The notes beneath the pieces are model-generated. The model was not told where the DNA came from and searched no databases. It was given only the letters and a program-made list of their open reading frames with translations. This document shows positions 60,133-64,000 of a stretch of DNA of 64,000 nucleotides, piece after piece. A program made the translations under genes and the position numbers. Source of the stretch: Haliotis cracherodii (lineage: Eukaryota); contig NW_027266264.1 of NCBI RefSeq assembly GCF_022045235.1, positions 84,072,001-84,136,000 of the forward strand, in the 5' to 3' direction. Every line of letters begins with the position of its first letter. The first letter of the stretch is position 1.

Positions 60133-62915
60133 CCTTTCAATAAACACAGAGGGGGCTATTGTGCATACATGATCGATTTTTTCAACGACGCTGGGCCTCT
60201 GATGTGCATCAACGTGGTGGAGGTCTGCATGTTTAAAGTCAAGCTGTGTACATATATCGCCATGGTGTATTTGTATAATCTGACAAGCCTGACGTCTCAT
60301 AGCAGTCCTCGTGGCAAATATCAACCAGGGGGACCAGCATTTGTTCTTTAGATATTTCATAGTGTTTCATTATGGAATTGTCAAGTATCCAAGGCTTCAT
60401 CCTTGTCCCCCAAACTGCCGTCATATTTAGTGAGCCTGTTGTATGCGCCATTGGTGATGAGATGCGTGACAAAGCATGTCCATGTTGAGGATATATTGGG
60501 ATTATATAAATATATATATTAGAGACGGTTGACGTGACATGGGAACCACTGACTGTCCATGCACAAAGAAGTATTTTTAGGTTTCTTAAGCATCGCCCAC
60601 TACTTGTCCTCTATGGACATACCATACCCCTGAGCACAAGATATGGCACTAAGCTTCCATGTCAGTTTGTCTTTTTGGTTAAGCTGCTTTTCTTAATGAG
60701 TTACCATAGTGATAGAAGTGTATTATTCTTGTTGACTCTGGTTTTAGAAATATAAGACGCCAGTAACTGCGTCATCAATCTGTGTAGACCAACACACACG
60801 CATGCTCATGTGGTCCAGCTCGAGGCAGACGACACCGCGGACAAGACGACAGGGAAGCAGACGACACTTTGCACACGGCGCTCAATGGCCGCCCACTCAA
60901 ACCGGATCATACCGCCTCATCACGCCTCAACTGTTAGTGTTGATTATGTAATTACAAAATATCGATTCAACATTATAACACCACATTAATAATATCCTAG
61001 TTAAATACCCATGGAGAAAATAAAGATAATCATGTTATAAAGATAACGTTGGTAGATCATAATATTGTTTCATAGATTTAAAAAATTGATTTGACTTATC
61101 ATTTTGGCAAAATGCATATTTTATCGATAAAATGATACTGTGTGTACCTTGGTTTAAAGCGATGGTGTTTTGTATGTGTTTTTTACGATATATGAAACAT
61201 TGACGGTATTGAACACCGTGAAGAGACCTTGCTTCCGTTTCATCAGGTCGACAGTCCCATGTGATATGTAATGGCGACAGATGTATCTCCCTCCATCTTC
61301 CATTGTGAAAACCATATTGTGCCCACAAAAATCAAAGCAATATTACCGCGTCACATCAATATATCTTCCGGTCACACAGCATCATAATACCATTACGATT
61401 TGAAAATATAAAAACAAATGGATTTTAATTGGTGTTTATGACCATCGTGGTGCTAATTTATTACAAAAAGAGGTTAAATATATCCTCTCCATGTCATCGG
61501 TGACCTAGTTTCTGGTCGGGACCTGAAGACATTGATCAATATAGCTGTGATCCGAGCTAGCTACAGGGGGTCACGTGACCGGTCCTGCACATGTCAAGTT
61601 TGACTAAGTAATACCAGTGATTGGTCAACTACTGCATGTGGTCAAAGCTGCACTCAGGGATCAGCTGGAGGTGGCTGCCGTCACTAACTGCATATTCTGA
61701 GACATATCGCCATTGTCATGTAATATATTTTGTTTTCATATACATGAATAGTGGGATTTTTAATTCAGTCCGATCCTTATAGACAGAAATAGTTACGACT
61801 CTATTACATTATTATATCTGCAAGGTCAGACTGACATTTATTTTCAAAATAAAAAGAATAATCCTTTATTTTGATTGTGGAAACCTGCGAAGAGAATGCT
61901 AATGTGCAAATAGCAACACTTTATATTACATCCTGATATGGAAGTTCTTTATGTTTATTTAATTACTCAACTCACAGCCCATCGAGCGTCTACACAGAAG
62001 ACAAGTAATATGACGTCGAGACGAAGCGTTGTTAACTTTACGAACTGAAACTTATGCGAGAAAAACTAGATAAAGACACCTATCCTAGCGTGTAAATGTC
62101 ATTCAATGGACGCTTGATGGAGACGTATACACAAAGAGTAGATACTTTGAAGAAAATAAGCGCTGTCACCCGTGTTTCTGAACGTGGAAGGACTTTCAGA
62201 AAAGTCCCGTTTAGTCGAGCGTATAGCGTGTCTGAATATGTACAAGCCATACTGAGGGAGTGAATTGGGTTTGTACACCTATTCAAGGTGATCCTTGAGT
62301 ATCGAGTGTGTTTCCATTCTATTGTAATAAATACCCTGGCCCTCTCGCTACCAGTGCCTTGTTTTGAGATAGATTCGAATGACTCCACGCTGAAATCAGA
62401 CATCCAATCACACCAATGTTCGAGAGATTTTGGGTCGACCTTATCAAGAGAAAGATTGTTTGTTTGTTTGTTGGTTAACGCCACACTCAGCAATATTCCA
62501 GCTATATGACGACGGTGACCTCGCTTCCAAATCTCGGCTGTGTAGCGAATGGATTCGTTGTATGTACATTACCAAATGGAAATAAACCGCCGGACAAAAG
62601 AAAGTATACACTCGAACGTTGGACTTGACCAAAACGTCACAAACGTTACTACGCGGTCGCCGAAACACTCCTACGTTAAGGTTCCAAAACACAACTATGA
62701 TACCATGGATGTATACTTTCTTTTCTCCCGGCAGTTTGCAATACACTGGTAATCGAGGATGTTATTTGCAATACTCAAACCACACCAAAACAAGGGACAC
62801 CCAGAAAGGGCTTGACATATGGACAAACGACCCCGGGTCCTTCTGAGACGAGCGAACTCTTTCACCACTGGGCTAACCTACCTCCACAACCAAGTCTGTC
62901 TACCAGGGAGGCATA

Positions 62916-63083
62916 GAGTGAGTGAGTGAGTATAGTTTTACACCGCTTTTAGCAATATTCCAGCAATATCACGGCGGGGGACACCAGAAATGGGCTTCAC
63001 ACATTTTACCCATGTCGGGAATCGAACCCGGGTCTTCGGCGTGACGAGCGAACGCTTTAACCACTAGGCTACCCGACCGCCCC
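62916..63083 (-). mobile_element. SINE family A, full length
   Basis: Near-identical to the copy at 55829. Confidence 0.85.
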
Positions 63084-63699
63084 TGGGGGGAAGGAATTGA
63101 GATGAGCATATTATAAGGTAGTGAATATTGGAATGCTGAAGCTACTGGAGACAACATAATTATATACACGGATAAATAGGTACTTACGTGTAATGCTGTT
63201 GTATACAGATGTTTCATGAACAAAGTTTCGTGAAACCAAGTTGGTTTATGCACCGCATTAGATGATGAAATTGGCTCGGAATGATCTTGGCGTTAGTAAG
63301 AATGTCACGACTTTCATTGTTCTCTGCAACTGGGCAATACATGAAAGGCCAATGTAAAAAACGGTACTTAATTATACCAATGTATTGCAAATATAACTAA
63401 GTGAAGCAGCAAAACATTTTCCATAATCCTAAGAAATATTTTTCTAAAAGAAGAATCCAATGTACGATTCCGGCTATATAGTGGGCATGTGTCTATGAGT
63501 CACTATCTTATAGTGGAGATATCGGGTTTTCGCGAAAAGATGAACGTAACCCGCCTCACCGGTGGCATTCGTCACAAACACATGCAAAGGCAAGTCAAGT
63601 GTTCACCTGAAAACAAACACGGGAACATATGGTACATGACAATATAATGGATTACATCAAGCATCCTTTGTGTAACTTAATCGTTAAAATGGGAAATGT

Positions 63700-64000
63700 T
63701 CTTCACGTGTGTATTATAAACCTTTTGAAATCTTGGCCTTGAAAGTTGTAACCCTGATCAAACAAGTTTTGAGCAAGAGTCGTAAGTTGCTTTTTAAAAT
63801 CTTCGTAGAAAGAGTATACTCGATTGTATATCAAACCCCAAATGCTGGAGCTGCTGGGATGTAGCTCGACATAAGGGGAAAGTCCTCGCTCTTGTCATAC
63901 AATCTTCTGGATAGTTTTGGTCACTCGAGATCTTCATGCATAGATCTACACGTGAAACAGATGAGGCGGTTTCACAATATTCTTTTGTTTCTAACTCAGA
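63700..64000 (-). mobile_element. Penelope-like element reverse transcriptase relic (C-terminal/thumb region), cut by the window edge
   Basis: Frameshifted translation SELETKEYCETASSVSRVDL / LYDKSEDFPLMSSYIPAAPAFGV / RVYSFYEDF..LAQNLFDQGY resembles the PLE motifs ELEIK.T.ES..SASYLDL, LYDKRDDF..SSNIP..PAYGV and KLL.QGY (motifs recalled, not searched). Confidence 0.78.

Noticed and set aside
59865-60472. ORFs over and next to the (CA)n tract
   Set aside because: Low-complexity translation with no recognisable domain or exon chain.
62969-63083. tRNA-like sequences (also near 17100, 20433, 37445, 43400)
   Set aside because: These are A/B-box heads fused to SINE bodies and tails, several with TSDs; not standalone tRNA genes.
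63560-63606. 47-nt minus-strand exon-like segment (TTTTCAG...GTGAGG)
   Set aside because: No partner exons found, and it lies immediately 3' of the Penelope RT relic, so it is probably part of that element.

Overview
Eukaryotic, intron- and repeat-rich DNA, most likely from a gastropod mollusc (abalone-like SINE content; the taxon is an inference). Two genes lie head-to-head about 5.9 kb apart. (1) Minus strand, 24357 to <122: a secreted or surface DMBT1-like protein with a signal peptide and at least 15 SRCR domains in 20 exons (>=1648 aa), running off the left edge. Its domains fall into three sequence classes in strict (X-Y-Z)5 order. (2) Plus strand, 30220-49611: a complete MAU2/Scc4 cohesin-loader gene (18 coding exons, about 595 aa), with an 18-nt microexon followed by a U12-type intron. 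Non-coding DNA holds four SINE families sharing a 3' tail, several MITEs and seven minisatellites. It also holds a decayed DIRS1-type tyrosine-recombinase retrotransposon with ITRs and an ICR, a DD34D mariner relic, a Penelope-like RT relic, and a tandem/inverted array of minimal hammerhead-ribozyme-like motifs in a MAU2 intron. All exon coordinates and translations were derived by hand; no database searches or folding programs were run.
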